The notes beneath the pieces are model-generated. The model was given only the letters and a program-made list of their open reading frames with translations. It was not told the origin of the DNA and ran no database searches. DNA of 43,216 bases from an uncultured Actinomycetes bacterium (GTDB taxonomy: Bacteria; Actinomycetota; Actinomycetes; Nanopelagicales; Nanopelagicaceae). The translations under genes were made by a program, and so were the position numbers. Below are positions 18,761-31,578 of the stretch, piece by piece; the stretch's first letter is position 1; each line of letters opens with the position of its first letter. The stretch is from assembly GCA_903894425.1 (NCBI GenBank), contig CAITQC010000002.1, positions 1-43,216 on the forward strand, in the 5' to 3' direction.

Positions 18761-20631
18761 GTTCTCAACTTTGGCAGCCACATTTATCTGGCATAAGCGC
18801 AATTGAAAAACTGCAGCACAAAGTTGGAGTTCAAGATTATGCACACTTACATTCTTGGTCGATAAAGAACCCGGGTGAATTTTGGTCCGAAGCGTGGGAT
18901 GACTGCGAGATAGTTGGCGAGAAAGGCTCAAACTTCTATTCATCAGGAAGCGATTTCATCTCAGCGCAGTTCTTTATCAATGCAAAAATTAACGTCGCAG
19001 AAAATCTCTTAGCAAAAGGTGCAGATACGCAAATCGCAATTGTCACTATTGCCGAAGATGGCTCCAGGAGAGAAATTACATGGTTGGAACTAAGAAATAG
19101 AGTTGCCGCAACGACTGCAGCGATGCGAGCCGAAGGTATTGTTGCAGGAGATCGTGTTGCAGCTTGGACCCCAAATGTTGCAGAGACAATCTTTTATGCA
19201 TTAGGTGCTCTAAGTATCGGTGCAATAGTTTCAACTGCCTCTCCAGATTTTGCACCACATGCCGTTGAAGATCGCTTCGGACAGATTGAACCAAAGCTTC
19301 TGCTTGCCGCAGATTCTTATCAATACAACGGCAAAACCTTTGACTGCACATCTAAGTCAGTTGAGATTCAATCGTTGTTGCCTTCGCTCATAAAGACGAT
19401 TCAGATTAAGGATTTCCAGAGTTGGATAGCACCATTTGAAGGCGCAGCTTTAGATTTCACCCGCCTACCATTTAATCACCCTGGCTTTGTTTTGTTTTCA
19501 TCAGGAACTACGGGAAAGCCCAAATGTATTGTTCACAGTGGTGCTGGAGTAATGCTCAAAGCCGTTGCCGAACAGCTTTATCAATTTGATATTGGAATAG
19601 CCCAGAAGGTTTTCTTCTTCACTACTTGTGGCTGGATGATGTGGAACTGGTTGATCATGGCATTAGGCCGAGGTGCAACGATTTATCTCTTTGATGGCGC
19701 GCCGATGAACCCAACCCCAACAAGGCTTTTTGATATCGCCGAAAATGAAAAACTAGATTTCTTTGGAGTCTCTGCCAAGTTCATCGATTCAGCACATAAA
19801 GAGGGCTTAGAACCAATTAAGAGCCATGATCTCTCTCATCTAAGAGTCATTGGATCTACTGGATCGGTTTTGTCACCCGAAAGCTTTGATTATGTGTATA
19901 GCTCCATCAAGAAAGACGTGCACTTAGCATCGATGTCTGGTGGAACTGATATTTGTGGATGTTTCTTAGCAGGTGTTCCAACCCAACCTGTTTATCGAGG
20001 TGAACTGCAGGGCCCTTGTTTAGGAATGGCCACCGATGTTTTTAATGCTGCAGGGAGCAGTGCAGATATTGATGAAAAGGGAGAGCTTGTTTGCACTGTC
20101 CCATTTCCGTCTAAGCCTCTTGGGTTTTGGGCAGATTCAAAGAATGAAAAATATAGGGCTGCTTATTTTGAGGGATTTCCGGGTGTATGGACGCATGGAG
20201 ATTTTGCATCAAAATCCTCAACAGGCGGATTTACTCTATTCGGTCGCAGTGATGCAACGCTAAATTCAAAAGGTGTAAGAATCGGAACAGCCGAGATTTA
20301 TCGTGTTGTCGAAACATTCCCACAGATTCAAGAATCTATGGCGGTTTCCCAAGATTGGGATAATGACACACGAGTGGTTTTATTCGTGGTTATTAGAGAA
20401 GGGTTTGAATTTAATGAAGCTCTTGAGAAGGAGATTAAAACTGAACTGCGGACAAAAGCTAGTCCACGACATGTGCCAGATTTAATCCTTGCTGCGCCTG
20501 AACTACCTAGGACTAAATCCAATAAATTGGTTGAGTTAGCAGTAACCGATGTAATTAATGGCCGAGAGATTCGAAACCGGGATGCCTTGGCCAACCCAGA
20601 TTCACTCGATTGGTTTAAGGGTTTGGCATAA
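18757..20631 (+). CDS. acetoacetate--CoA ligase (acetoacetyl-CoA synthetase)
   Basis: FSSGTTGKPKCIVH AMP-binding motif; TTCGWMMWNWL, SGGTDICGCF, GRSDATLN, GVRIGTAEIY and ALANP are typical of AACS. Confidence 0.92.
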   Translation: MSSQLWQPHLSGISAIEKLQHKVGVQDYAHLHSWSIKNPGEFWSEAWDDCEIVGEKGSNFYSSGSDFISAQFFINAKINVAENLLAKGADTQIAIVTIAEDGSRREITWLELRNRVAATTAAMRAEGIVAGDRVAAWTPNVAETIFYALGALSIGAIVSTASPDFAPHAVEDRFGQIEPKLLLAADSYQYNGKTFDCTSKSVEIQSLLPSLIKTIQIKDFQSWIAPFEGAALDFTRLPFNHPGFVLFSSGTTGKPKCIVHSGAGVMLKAVAEQLYQFDIGIAQKVFFFTTCGWMMWNWLIMALGRGATIYLFDGAPMNPTPTRLFDIAENEKLDFFGVSAKFIDSAHKEGLEPIKSHDLSHLRVIGSTGSVLSPESFDYVYSSIKKDVHLASMSGGTDICGCFLAGVPTQPVYRGELQGPCLGMATDVFNAAGSSADIDEKGELVCTVPFPSKPLGFWADSKNEKYRAAYFEGFPGVWTHGDFASKSSTGGFTLFGRSDATLNSKGVRIGTAEIYRVVETFPQIQESMAVSQDWDNDTRVVLFVVIREGFEFNEALEKEIKTELRTKASPRHVPDLILAAPELPRTKSNKLVELAVTDVINGREIRNRDALANPDSLDWFKGLA

Positions 20632-20650
20632 TCTCCCTTACTCTTAATCC

Positions 20651-21088
20651 GTGAGCATTGAAGTAGCAACGGCCGATGAGATGTTTAATCTCGGCCTCTC
20701 CATTTCTAAATATTTAAAGGCTGGGGATTTCATTCTTGTGAATGGCCCACTCGGTGCCGGTAAAACCGTTTTAGCCCAAGGGATCGGTGCGGGCCTTGGA
20801 ATCACTGACATCACTTCTCCAACATTCGTGATTTCGCGTGTCCATAAAGCTGCCCTGCCAATGATTCATGTTGATGCATATCGTTTGATTGATACAGAAA
20901 ACCCTAACCTTTATTTAGATGATCTTGATTTAGATCTTGAAAACTCAATCACAGTTATTGAATGGGGCGGCGCAGAATCGGCAAGGTTGAATGAAGAGCG
21001 CTTAGAGATCACGATCGACAGAAGTAACGATATTCGCCAAGTTGCAATTAATGCCATCGGTCCACGTTGGATTGATTTTTCGCTATGA
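20651..21088 (+). CDS. tsaE: tRNA t6A biosynthesis ATPase TsaE
   Basis: GPLGAGKT, TSPTF, HVDAYRL, IEWG. Confidence 0.96.
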   Translation: MSIEVATADEMFNLGLSISKYLKAGDFILVNGPLGAGKTVLAQGIGAGLGITDITSPTFVISRVHKAALPMIHVDAYRLIDTENPNLYLDDLDLDLENSITVIEWGGAESARLNEERLEITIDRSNDIRQVAINAIGPRWIDFSL

Positions 21089-21621
21089 CAATTACTTTAG
21101 CTATAGATACATCAACTTCGCGCACCTGTGTTGCAGTTATTGATGATGGAAAAATACTCTGGAGCGGGCACCGTGACGGGGCAACTGAACATGGACCGGC
21201 GCTACCGGCACTTGTTCAAGAGGGTATAAAGGGATTTAAAATTGATGAAGTTGTAGTTGGAATGGGACCTGGACCATTTACGGGGTTGCGTGTTGGAGTC
21301 GCATTTGCACAGAGCTTTGCATTAGCACGTGGAATAACTGTGCGTGGAGTGTGTTCACTTGATGCGATTGCTGCACAAGTAAATGGTTCTGATTTCATCA
21401 TTACCGTCGATGCTCGGCGCAAAGAAGTTTATTGGGCTAGATATACAGATGGTTTGCGAATCGGCAATGCCGCGGTGAATTTTCCAAGCGATGTAACTGG
21501 TGCACCAATTCATGCCGATCTTTTTCCAGATATGAAAGCTTTAGTTGCACTGCCTGGAAACATTACTGAACCAATGTACTTGCGCAGACCAGATGCAGTA
21601 GCTACGGCGGATCGTCCATGA
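21085..21621 (+). CDS. tsaB: tRNA t6A biosynthesis protein TsaB (short, 178 aa)
   Basis: LAIDTST, GPGPFTGLRVG, DARRKEVY, PMYLRRPDA. Confidence 0.94.
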   Translation: MTITLAIDTSTSRTCVAVIDDGKILWSGHRDGATEHGPALPALVQEGIKGFKIDEVVVGMGPGPFTGLRVGVAFAQSFALARGITVRGVCSLDAIAAQVNGSDFIITVDARRKEVYWARYTDGLRIGNAAVNFPSDVTGAPIHADLFPDMKALVALPGNITEPMYLRRPDAVATADRP

Positions 21622-22073
21622 TTACTTATCGCGATGCGATGGCTTTGGATATCCCGGTTTTTGTTTCTTTAGATAAGCAGCTCTTTCCATATTCACCATG
21701 GTCTGGCGCACAATACAAAGAAGAGTTTGCCGAGATGCCCCGTACTCGTCACTTTGTAGTTGCCCTAGATGAGGCCCAATCAATCATTGGTTATGCAGGA
21801 ATATTGGCTCCGGCTCCAGAGGTAGAGGCAGATATTCTCACAGTGGGTGTAATCCCAGAGCATCGTGGCAAAGGCATTGCCCGCCAGCTGATCTCACTCA
21901 TTACTGATTTTGCAGTAGACCGTCATGCAAGTGCCATGATGCGTGAAGTTAAGAGCGATAACGTTGAAGCAATTGCCCTATATGAATCTTTGGGATATTC
22001 AAAGATTTCTGTACGTAAAGATTATTTCGGTACTGGTCTAGATGCATTGATAATGCGAAGAGAACTGCCATGA
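21618..22073 (+). CDS. rimI: ribosomal-protein-alanine N-acetyltransferase (GNAT)
   Basis: PW motif, [25 protein letters not shown]; position between tsaB and tsaD. Confidence 0.9.
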   Translation: MITYRDAMALDIPVFVSLDKQLFPYSPWSGAQYKEEFAEMPRTRHFVVALDEAQSIIGYAGILAPAPEVEADILTVGVIPEHRGKGIARQLISLITDFAVDRHASAMMREVKSDNVEAIALYESLGYSKISVRKDYFGTGLDALIMRRELP

Positions 22074-23107
22074 GTCAACCATTAGTTTTGGGAATCGAAA
22101 CCTCATGTGACGAGACCGCAGTTGGAATTGTGCGCGGGCGTACCTTGCTGGCAAATATCATCGCATCTAGCGTCGAAGAACATGCGCGCTTCGGTGGAGT
22201 AGTTCCTGAAATTGCCAGCCGAGCACATTTGGAAGCGATGCAACCAACAATTGAAAAAGCTTTAAAGGATGCAAATGTTTCTTTAAAAGATATCGATGCA
22301 GTTGCAGTCACTGCAGGTCCAGGTTTAGTTGGTGCACTTTTAGTTGGAGTTGGTTCAGCTGCTGGTCTTGCCATCGGTCTAGATAAACCGATTTATGCCG
22401 TTAATCATTTAGCTGCCCACATTAGTGTTGATTACCTGACTCATGATCACCCACTAGAACCAACGATTGCACTTCTAGTAAGTGGTGGTCATTCTTCGCT
22501 GCTGCAAGTTAACGAGATTACTTCTTCGATTGTTAAGTTGGGCCAAACAATCGATGACGCTGCTGGTGAAGCTTTCGACAAGATTGCGCGGGTTATGAAG
22601 TTAGGTTTTCCAGGTGGTCCAGCAATCGATGCGATGGCTAAAGAGGGGAGTGCAACTGCAATTGATTTTCCGCGTGGGCTAACAACATCAAATGATTGGC
22701 AGACGCGGCCATATGATTTCTCTTTCTCTGGATTAAAAACCGCCGTTGCGAGATATCTTGAAAGCGTTCCAGATTACGTCCGGGCCGATGTTGCCGCATC
22801 GTTTCAAGAATCGATCGTTGATGTTTTGCTCCTCAAAGCGTTGGCTGCCTGCAAATCCAGCGGGATCGACTCCCTTGTTATTGCCGGTGGGGTAGCTGCA
22901 AATTCACGGCTTCGCGCTGTGGCCCAGGCCCGCTGCGACAAGGCAGGCATCACCTTAAGAATCCCAGCCCCGGGCCTGTGTACCGATAATGGCGCGATGG
23001 TCGCAAGCCTTGGCGCCCTGATGGCTGCAGCTAATCGAACTCCCAGCCCAGTAGCCTTTGACGCCGATTCCAGCCTGCCTGTAACAACGATTTCAATACA
23101 GCTTTAA
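22070..23107 (+). CDS. tsaD: tRNA N6-adenosine threonylcarbamoyltransferase
   Basis: [48 protein letters not shown]. Confidence 0.98.
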   Translation: MSQPLVLGIETSCDETAVGIVRGRTLLANIIASSVEEHARFGGVVPEIASRAHLEAMQPTIEKALKDANVSLKDIDAVAVTAGPGLVGALLVGVGSAAGLAIGLDKPIYAVNHLAAHISVDYLTHDHPLEPTIALLVSGGHSSLLQVNEITSSIVKLGQTIDDAAGEAFDKIARVMKLGFPGGPAIDAMAKEGSATAIDFPRGLTTSNDWQTRPYDFSFSGLKTAVARYLESVPDYVRADVAASFQESIVDVLLLKALAACKSSGIDSLVIAGGVAANSRLRAVAQARCDKAGITLRIPAPGLCTDNGAMVASLGALMAAANRTPSPVAFDADSSLPVTTISIQL

Positions 23108-23370
23108 TTCACCAATCGATAGATTTCTCGTCGATGACCAATCTCGATTATTAGGATTATTAGTCGACCCGAATCTATTGAATAGAGAATTCGATAGTCG
23201 CCAACTCGGACTCGAAAGTAGGAACTGCCCTTGATTTTTACTGCCAGAGGCGGTTGTGGGTTATCGCCCAATAATTCGATAGCGGCATAAATCCGTAGCT
23301 TCTCTTTTTTCTCTAATCTCTCTAAAGATTTAAGTGCCGCTGCCCTAATTTCGATTTTGAAGTGGCTCAC
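23104..23370 (-). CDS. relE: type II toxin, RelE/StbE family
   Basis: 88 aa basic protein; [14 protein letters not shown] and IGHRREIY RelE motifs. Confidence 0.9.
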   Translation of the reverse strand: MSHFKIEIRAAALKSLERLEKKEKLRIYAAIELLGDNPQPPLAVKIKGSSYFRVRVGDYRILYSIDSGRLIILIIEIGHRREIYRLVN

Positions 23371-23615
23371 GCAAGGCCAAGCTCTTTTTTAACCATCTCC
23401 CATGGAATGGCAGGGGAAGGATCATCCAGAGAGGCTTGGATTAAGGCAAGGTCTTCTATGTCCTGTGCTACAGATAGGAGCTCTTCGTAGCGAGAGGGGC
23501 TAAGGACCACTGCTGCAGGAATACCATGGCGTGAAATCGTGATTGCCTCTGTTTGTGCTTGATCTATAAGAGATGCAAGCTCACGGCGGGCATCACTTAA
23601 TGGAATTGTCGTCAT
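23367..23615 (-). CDS. type II antitoxin, Phd/YefM family
   Basis: LSDARRELASLI...ITISRHGIPAAVVLS; acidic C-terminus, PWEMVKKELGL; overlaps the toxin start by 4 nt; ATG 23615. Confidence 0.9.
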   Translation of the reverse strand: MTTIPLSDARRELASLIDQAQTEAITISRHGIPAAVVLSPSRYEELLSVAQDIEDLALIQASLDDPSPAIPWEMVKKELGLA

Positions 23616-23620
23616 GGGAA

Positions 23621-23655
23621 AAAATGTACAGTAAAGAATATGAATTGTACATTTT
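23621..23655. promoter_or_regulatory. TA autoregulatory operator/promoter
   Basis: Inverted repeat AAAATGTACA-N15-TGTACATTTT containing two TGTACA palindromes; minus-strand TACATT lies 7 nt before the antitoxin ATG. Confidence 0.7.
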
Positions 23656-23670
23656 AAGTAAATCCTCGAT

Positions 23671-23699
23671 TTGCTGGCGGGATTCTGCTCGCCTAGAGT
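23671..23699 (+). promoter_or_regulatory. putative groES-groEL promoter
   Basis: TTGCTG-N17-TAGAGT immediately upstream of the CIRCE. Confidence 0.6.
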
Positions 23700-23704
23700 T
23701 TGCG

Positions 23705-23731
23705 TTAGCACTCACGGGTCCACACTGCTAA
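23705..23731 (+). promoter_or_regulatory. CIRCE element (HrcA operator)
   Basis: TTAGCACTC-N9-CACTGCTAA versus consensus TTAGCACTC-N9-GAGTGCTAA (2 mismatches), upstream of groES. Confidence 0.88.
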
Positions 23732-23782
23732 TCGGGCCTGCACGAGGAATTCAACTAAGTACAACTAGAAGGAGTTAAGTCC

Positions 23783-24070
23783 ATGGCCATTAAGCCACTA
23801 GAAGATCGCATCGTAATCAAGACCAACGAGGCTGAAACAACAACAGCATCTGGTCTTGTTATTCCAGATACAGCAAAAGAAAAGCCACAAGAGGGCACAG
23901 TAATTGCAGTTGGCCCAGGTCGCTTTGATGATGGTGTTCGCGTTCCAATGGATGTCAAAGTTGGCGATGTTGTTCTTTATAGCAAGTACGGCGGAACTGA
24001 AATCAAGCATGGCGGAGATGACCTCTTGGTTCTTTCTGCTCGTGACATTCTCGCTGTAATCGAGAAGTAA
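23783..24070 (+). CDS. groES: co-chaperonin GroES
   Basis: [34 protein letters not shown]; GAAGGAG RBS. Confidence 0.99.
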   Translation: MAIKPLEDRIVIKTNEAETTTASGLVIPDTAKEKPQEGTVIAVGPGRFDDGVRVPMDVKVGDVVLYSKYGGTEIKHGGDDLLVLSARDILAVIEK

Positions 24071-25708
<1,638 letters not shown>

Positions 25709-25716
25709 CTAGTTGC

Positions 25717-25759
25717 AATGAAAAAGCCCCGCAGAGAAATCTGCGGGGCTTTTCTCATT
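25717..25759. terminator. bidirectional intrinsic terminator
   Basis: AAAAGCCCCGCAGA-GAAA-TCTGCGGGGCTTTT between convergent groEL and whiB. Confidence 0.92.
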
Positions 25760-25782
25760 CACTCTTGGAGGAGAGTAGAGCT

Positions 25783-26085
25783 TTATGATGCATGAGAAAT
25801 ATCTGGATTAATATCTTTTCCAAGAATCGCTAAGCGATCATCTTCTGAAAGACCACCCCAAATTCCATATGGCTCTTGTACTGAGAGCGCATGCTTACGG
25901 CATGCAGCGATTACTGGGCAGGATGCGCAAATCGCCTTGGCCGTATTTTCACGGTTGCGTCGGCGGGGTCCGCGTTCGCCATCGGGATGAAAAAACATCT
26001 CTGTTGGTAGATCACGACAAGCGCCCTGATATTGCCATTCCCATTCATCGGCAACGGGGCGGGGTAAGCGGGATATTTCAGCCAT
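25783..26085 (-). CDS. whiB3: WhiB-family Fe-S regulator, WhiB3/WhiD type
   Basis: WEWQYQGACR, FFHPDGERG, four Cys (C...CASCPVIAAC), EPYGIWGGLSE; convergent with groEL as in other actinobacteria. Confidence 0.9.
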   Translation of the reverse strand: MAEISRLPRPVADEWEWQYQGACRDLPTEMFFHPDGERGPRRRNRENTAKAICASCPVIAACRKHALSVQEPYGIWGGLSEDDRLAILGKDINPDISHAS

Positions 26086-26147
26086 GGCCATACAGTACAA
26101 CCGCTTCATAAGTTGTTCAAGTGGCAACGCTCCAAAAGTGGTTCAAG
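26086..26147 (-). promoter_or_regulatory. whiB3 promoter overlapped by a 20-bp direct repeat
   Basis: Minus strand TTGAAC-N17-TACTGT-N6-ATG; repeats at 26102-26121 and 26128-26147 (17/20 identical). Confidence 0.65.
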
Positions 26148-26195
26148 GGCGTGTTTCGGGTGGTGTGATTGCCCACTTCACGCCACGATTAGGGG

Positions 26196-27080
26196 ATGGC
26201 CATCAATGAAGAGCTCCTAACGGTCGCCGCTGTGGCACGCCGCTTGGGCGTGGCTCCTGCCACATTGCGGACGTGGGACCGCCGCTATGGCCTTGGCCCC
26301 TCAACGCATGAGGCTGGCGAGCATCGCCGCTACTGCCCAATGGATTTAGCCCGCTTAACTTTAATGCGCAGATTAATTACCAGTGGTGTTTCACCATGTG
26401 ATGCTGCCGTACAAGCTAAAAACCATAAAGGAAAAATAAAACTTGAGACGATCGTTGATGACTATGTTGTCAGAGAAGATCTAGTTGGAGCATTGCATAA
26501 AGCGGCTAAAGCATTAGATAAGAGATTTATAGAAGCGGCTTTGCGCAAAGATTTAGCAGAAAATGGTGTCGAGCGGTCTTGGTCTGAAGCAATTGTTCCG
26601 CTTTTGTTTCTAGTTGGAAATGAATGGGAAGCAACTGGTCAGGGTGTTGAGATTGAACATTTATTAACAGAAGTTCTTAAACGAATTTTGCGTGAAAATA
26701 TTGAAGATATCAAGAAGCCAGTTAATGCCCACCCAGTGTTATTGGCATCAGTTGGTGAAGAGATGCACTCTCTTGCTTTGCATGCATTGGCTGCAGCCCT
26801 GGCTGAGCGAAAGATCGAAACATACTTTCTAGGGCCACGAACGCCATTGTCGGCCCTCTGCGGAATGATTTCGCGATCTGCGCCCCCTGCAGTTTTCCTC
26901 TGGGCCCAACTTCCACAAAATGCAGACCCTAAGTTTTTCAAAGAAATTCCAGTAATTCGTCCAATGCCACGCATCGTTTTAGGTGGACCAGGTTGGGACC
27001 TAGAAATCTGTAAGGACGTAGCGGTGGTCAATGATTTATCGCAGGCCTGCGCTGAAATTGAGCGTGCAGTAGGGCTCTAA
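26196..27080 (+). CDS. MerR-type HTH regulator with cobalamin-binding domain (CarH/LitR-like)
   Basis: N-terminal VARRLGVAPATLRTWDRRYGL HTH; W-x9-EH (WEATGQGVEIEH), ExH (EEMHSL), YFLG, VLGG Rossmann-type B12 domain. Confidence 0.8.
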   Translation: MAINEELLTVAAVARRLGVAPATLRTWDRRYGLGPSTHEAGEHRRYCPMDLARLTLMRRLITSGVSPCDAAVQAKNHKGKIKLETIVDDYVVREDLVGALHKAAKALDKRFIEAALRKDLAENGVERSWSEAIVPLLFLVGNEWEATGQGVEIEHLLTEVLKRILRENIEDIKKPVNAHPVLLASVGEEMHSLALHALAAALAERKIETYFLGPRTPLSALCGMISRSAPPAVFLWAQLPQNADPKFFKEIPVIRPMPRIVLGGPGWDLEICKDVAVVNDLSQACAEIERAVGL

Positions 27081-27091
27081 AGCCCCGATAG

Positions 27092-29347
<2,256 letters not shown>

Positions 29348-29355
<8 letters not shown>

Positions 29356-30898
29356 TGATCGCGGCGTACTTGTAGTCGACTTTGGGGCGCAGTATGCCCA
29401 GTTGATTGCACGACGCGTTCGCGAAGCAAATGTCTTTAGTGAAATCGTCCCGTCAAATATCACCGCTGCCCAAGTAAGAGCAAAGAATCCATCAGCGATT
29501 ATTTTGTCGGGTGGCCCTTCAAGTGTTTATGCAGATCACGCTCCCGCTTTTGATGGCGCGATTCTTACTCTCGGAATTCCTGTCTTTGGAATCTGTTATG
29601 GATTTCAAGTTATGGCCGCAGCGCTCGGTGGCGTTGTTAGCCAAACGGGTAAATCAGAGTTCGGCCGCACCGATGTAACTGTGCAGAGTCAATCCAAGAT
29701 TTTCTCTAATTTACCTGCGCAGCAAAAAGTATGGATGTCACACGGTGATGCTGTTACTCAAGCCCCAGCAGGTTTCAATCTCTGTGCAGTAACTTCCGAT
29801 ACTCCAATCGCAGCTTTTGAAGATGCGTCAGGCCAGTTAGCTGGAGTCCAGTTTCACCCAGAAGTTCTGCATAGTGAATATGGACAAGAAATCTTACGTA
29901 ACTGGTTAGTCAATATTGCTAAATGTGATGCAACATGGACAACTGGAAATATCGCTTCTGTCGAAATTATAAAAGCCAAAGAAATAATAGGCAGCAAGCG
30001 CGTTATCTGCGGCCTATCTGGCGGCGTTGATTCAGCGGTAGCTGCGGCAATAATTCAAAAGGCTGTTGGCAATCAATTAACCTGCGTGTTTGTTGATCAT
30101 GGCTTGTTGCGCAAAGGCGAGGCTGAACAAGTTGAGCAAGATTTTGTCGCCTCCACTGGTGTGAAGTTAGTTGTTATTGATGCCAAGAAACAGTTCTTGG
30201 ATGCTCTCAAAGGTGTAACCGATCCTGAGGAAAAGCGAAAGATTATTGGACGCGAATTTATTAGATCTTTTGAATCCGCTGCACGCGATATCGCCGCCGG
30301 GGGAGACGTCGAGTTCCTAGTGCAGGGCACCTTGTATCCAGATGTCGTCGAGTCAGGCGGCGGCACCGGGACAGCAAATATCAAGTCACACCACAACGTG
30401 GGTGGATTGCCAGATGATTTAAAGTTCACATTAATCGAACCATTACGCACACTCTTTAAAGATGAAGTTCGCCAGGTTGGTTTAGAACTCGGTCTGCCTG
30501 GGGAAATAGTTTGGCGCCAACCATTTCCTGGCCCCGGTCTTGGAATTCGAATTATTGGTGAAGTAACTCAAGAGCGCCTTGATTTATTACGCGAAGCCGA
30601 TGCTATTGCCCGTTTTGAGTTAAAGGCAGCCGGACTTGATCGCGATATTTGGCAGTGTCCAGTTGTCTTACTAGCCGATGTTCGAAGTGTTGGCGTACAG
30701 GGTGATGGCCGCACATATGGTCATCCAATTGTTTTGCGTCCTGTTTCTAGCGAAGATGCAATGACAGCAGATTGGTCGCGCGTTCCCTATGAAGTTCTCG
30801 AAAAGATTTCAACACGTATTACTAATGAAGTCCGTGAAGTAAATCGTGTCGTTTTAGATATAACAAGTAAACCGCCAGGAACAATAGAATGGGAATAA
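29348..30898 (+). CDS. guaA: GMP synthase (glutamine-hydrolysing)
   Basis: [39 protein letters not shown]. Confidence 0.98.
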
Positions 30899-30900
30899 GC

Positions 30901-31578
30901 GTGAAGAAGATATCTATAGTTGCATCGATTGCTCTTTTAACTCTTTTTGTAGTTGCACCTGTCCATGCTGCGGATAAACCGACGGTCGTTGCTGGCTGCA
31001 AGGTTCCAACTGCTAAAGCACACACGCCGGCAACTGTAAAAGAGCCGATGAAAGTGGCAAAACCGCTTCCAAAAACTATGACGATCGAAACTAATTGCGG
31101 TCCTATTGTTATTTCAATGCTTACTTCTAAGGCGCCACTTACAATTACAAAATTATCAGCACTAGCAAAAGCCAAGTATTTTGATTTAACCTACTGTCAC
31201 AGACTTACAAATGAAGGTTTATTTGTTTTACAGTGCGGTGATCCAACTGCCTCTGGATCTGGAAACCCAACTGGGTGGAAGGGTTATAAAGAAGAGAATC
31301 TGCCAGCAAATAAAGCCAATAACTATCCAGCAGGCACAGTTGCTATGGCCAACGCCGGAAAAGGCACGAATGGCAGTCAATTCTTCTTAGTTTATAAGGA
31401 CACACAACTGCCAGCTGATTACACAATCTGGGGCAAGATTACAAAGGGCCTTGATTTTCTCAATGAGTTAGGCGTAGTTGGTGCCTACAAGATTAATAGC
31501 ACAGACAACAAGCCTTATTACGCCAACGACGGTTACCCAATTCAACCCGTCGAAATTAGAAAAATTAGCGTTAAATAA
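30901..31578 (+). CDS. exported cyclophilin-type peptidyl-prolyl isomerase
   Basis: Signal peptide (VHA); CHRL, LQCGDP, GTVAMANAG, NGSQFF, YTIWG; GTG 30901, alternative ATG 30889. Confidence 0.9.
   Translation: MKKISIVASIALLTLFVVAPVHAADKPTVVAGCKVPTAKAHTPATVKEPMKVAKPLPKTMTIETNCGPIVISMLTSKAPLTITKLSALAKAKYFDLTYCHRLTNEGLFVLQCGDPTASGSGNPTGWKGYKEENLPANKANNYPAGTVAMANAGKGTNGSQFFLVYKDTQLPADYTIWGKITKGLDFLNELGVVGAYKINSTDNKPYYANDGYPIQPVEIRKISVK

Noticed and set aside
5878-20631. The island as an active mobile element
   Set aside because: No integrase, transposase, tRNA target or flanking repeats, and composition resembles the backbone; treated as an ameliorated accessory block.
21930-21960. RimI reads MMREV where a hydrophobic residue (LEV) is usual
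   Set aside because: A single-base difference; cannot tell a variant from a sequencing error, and the frame is intact.
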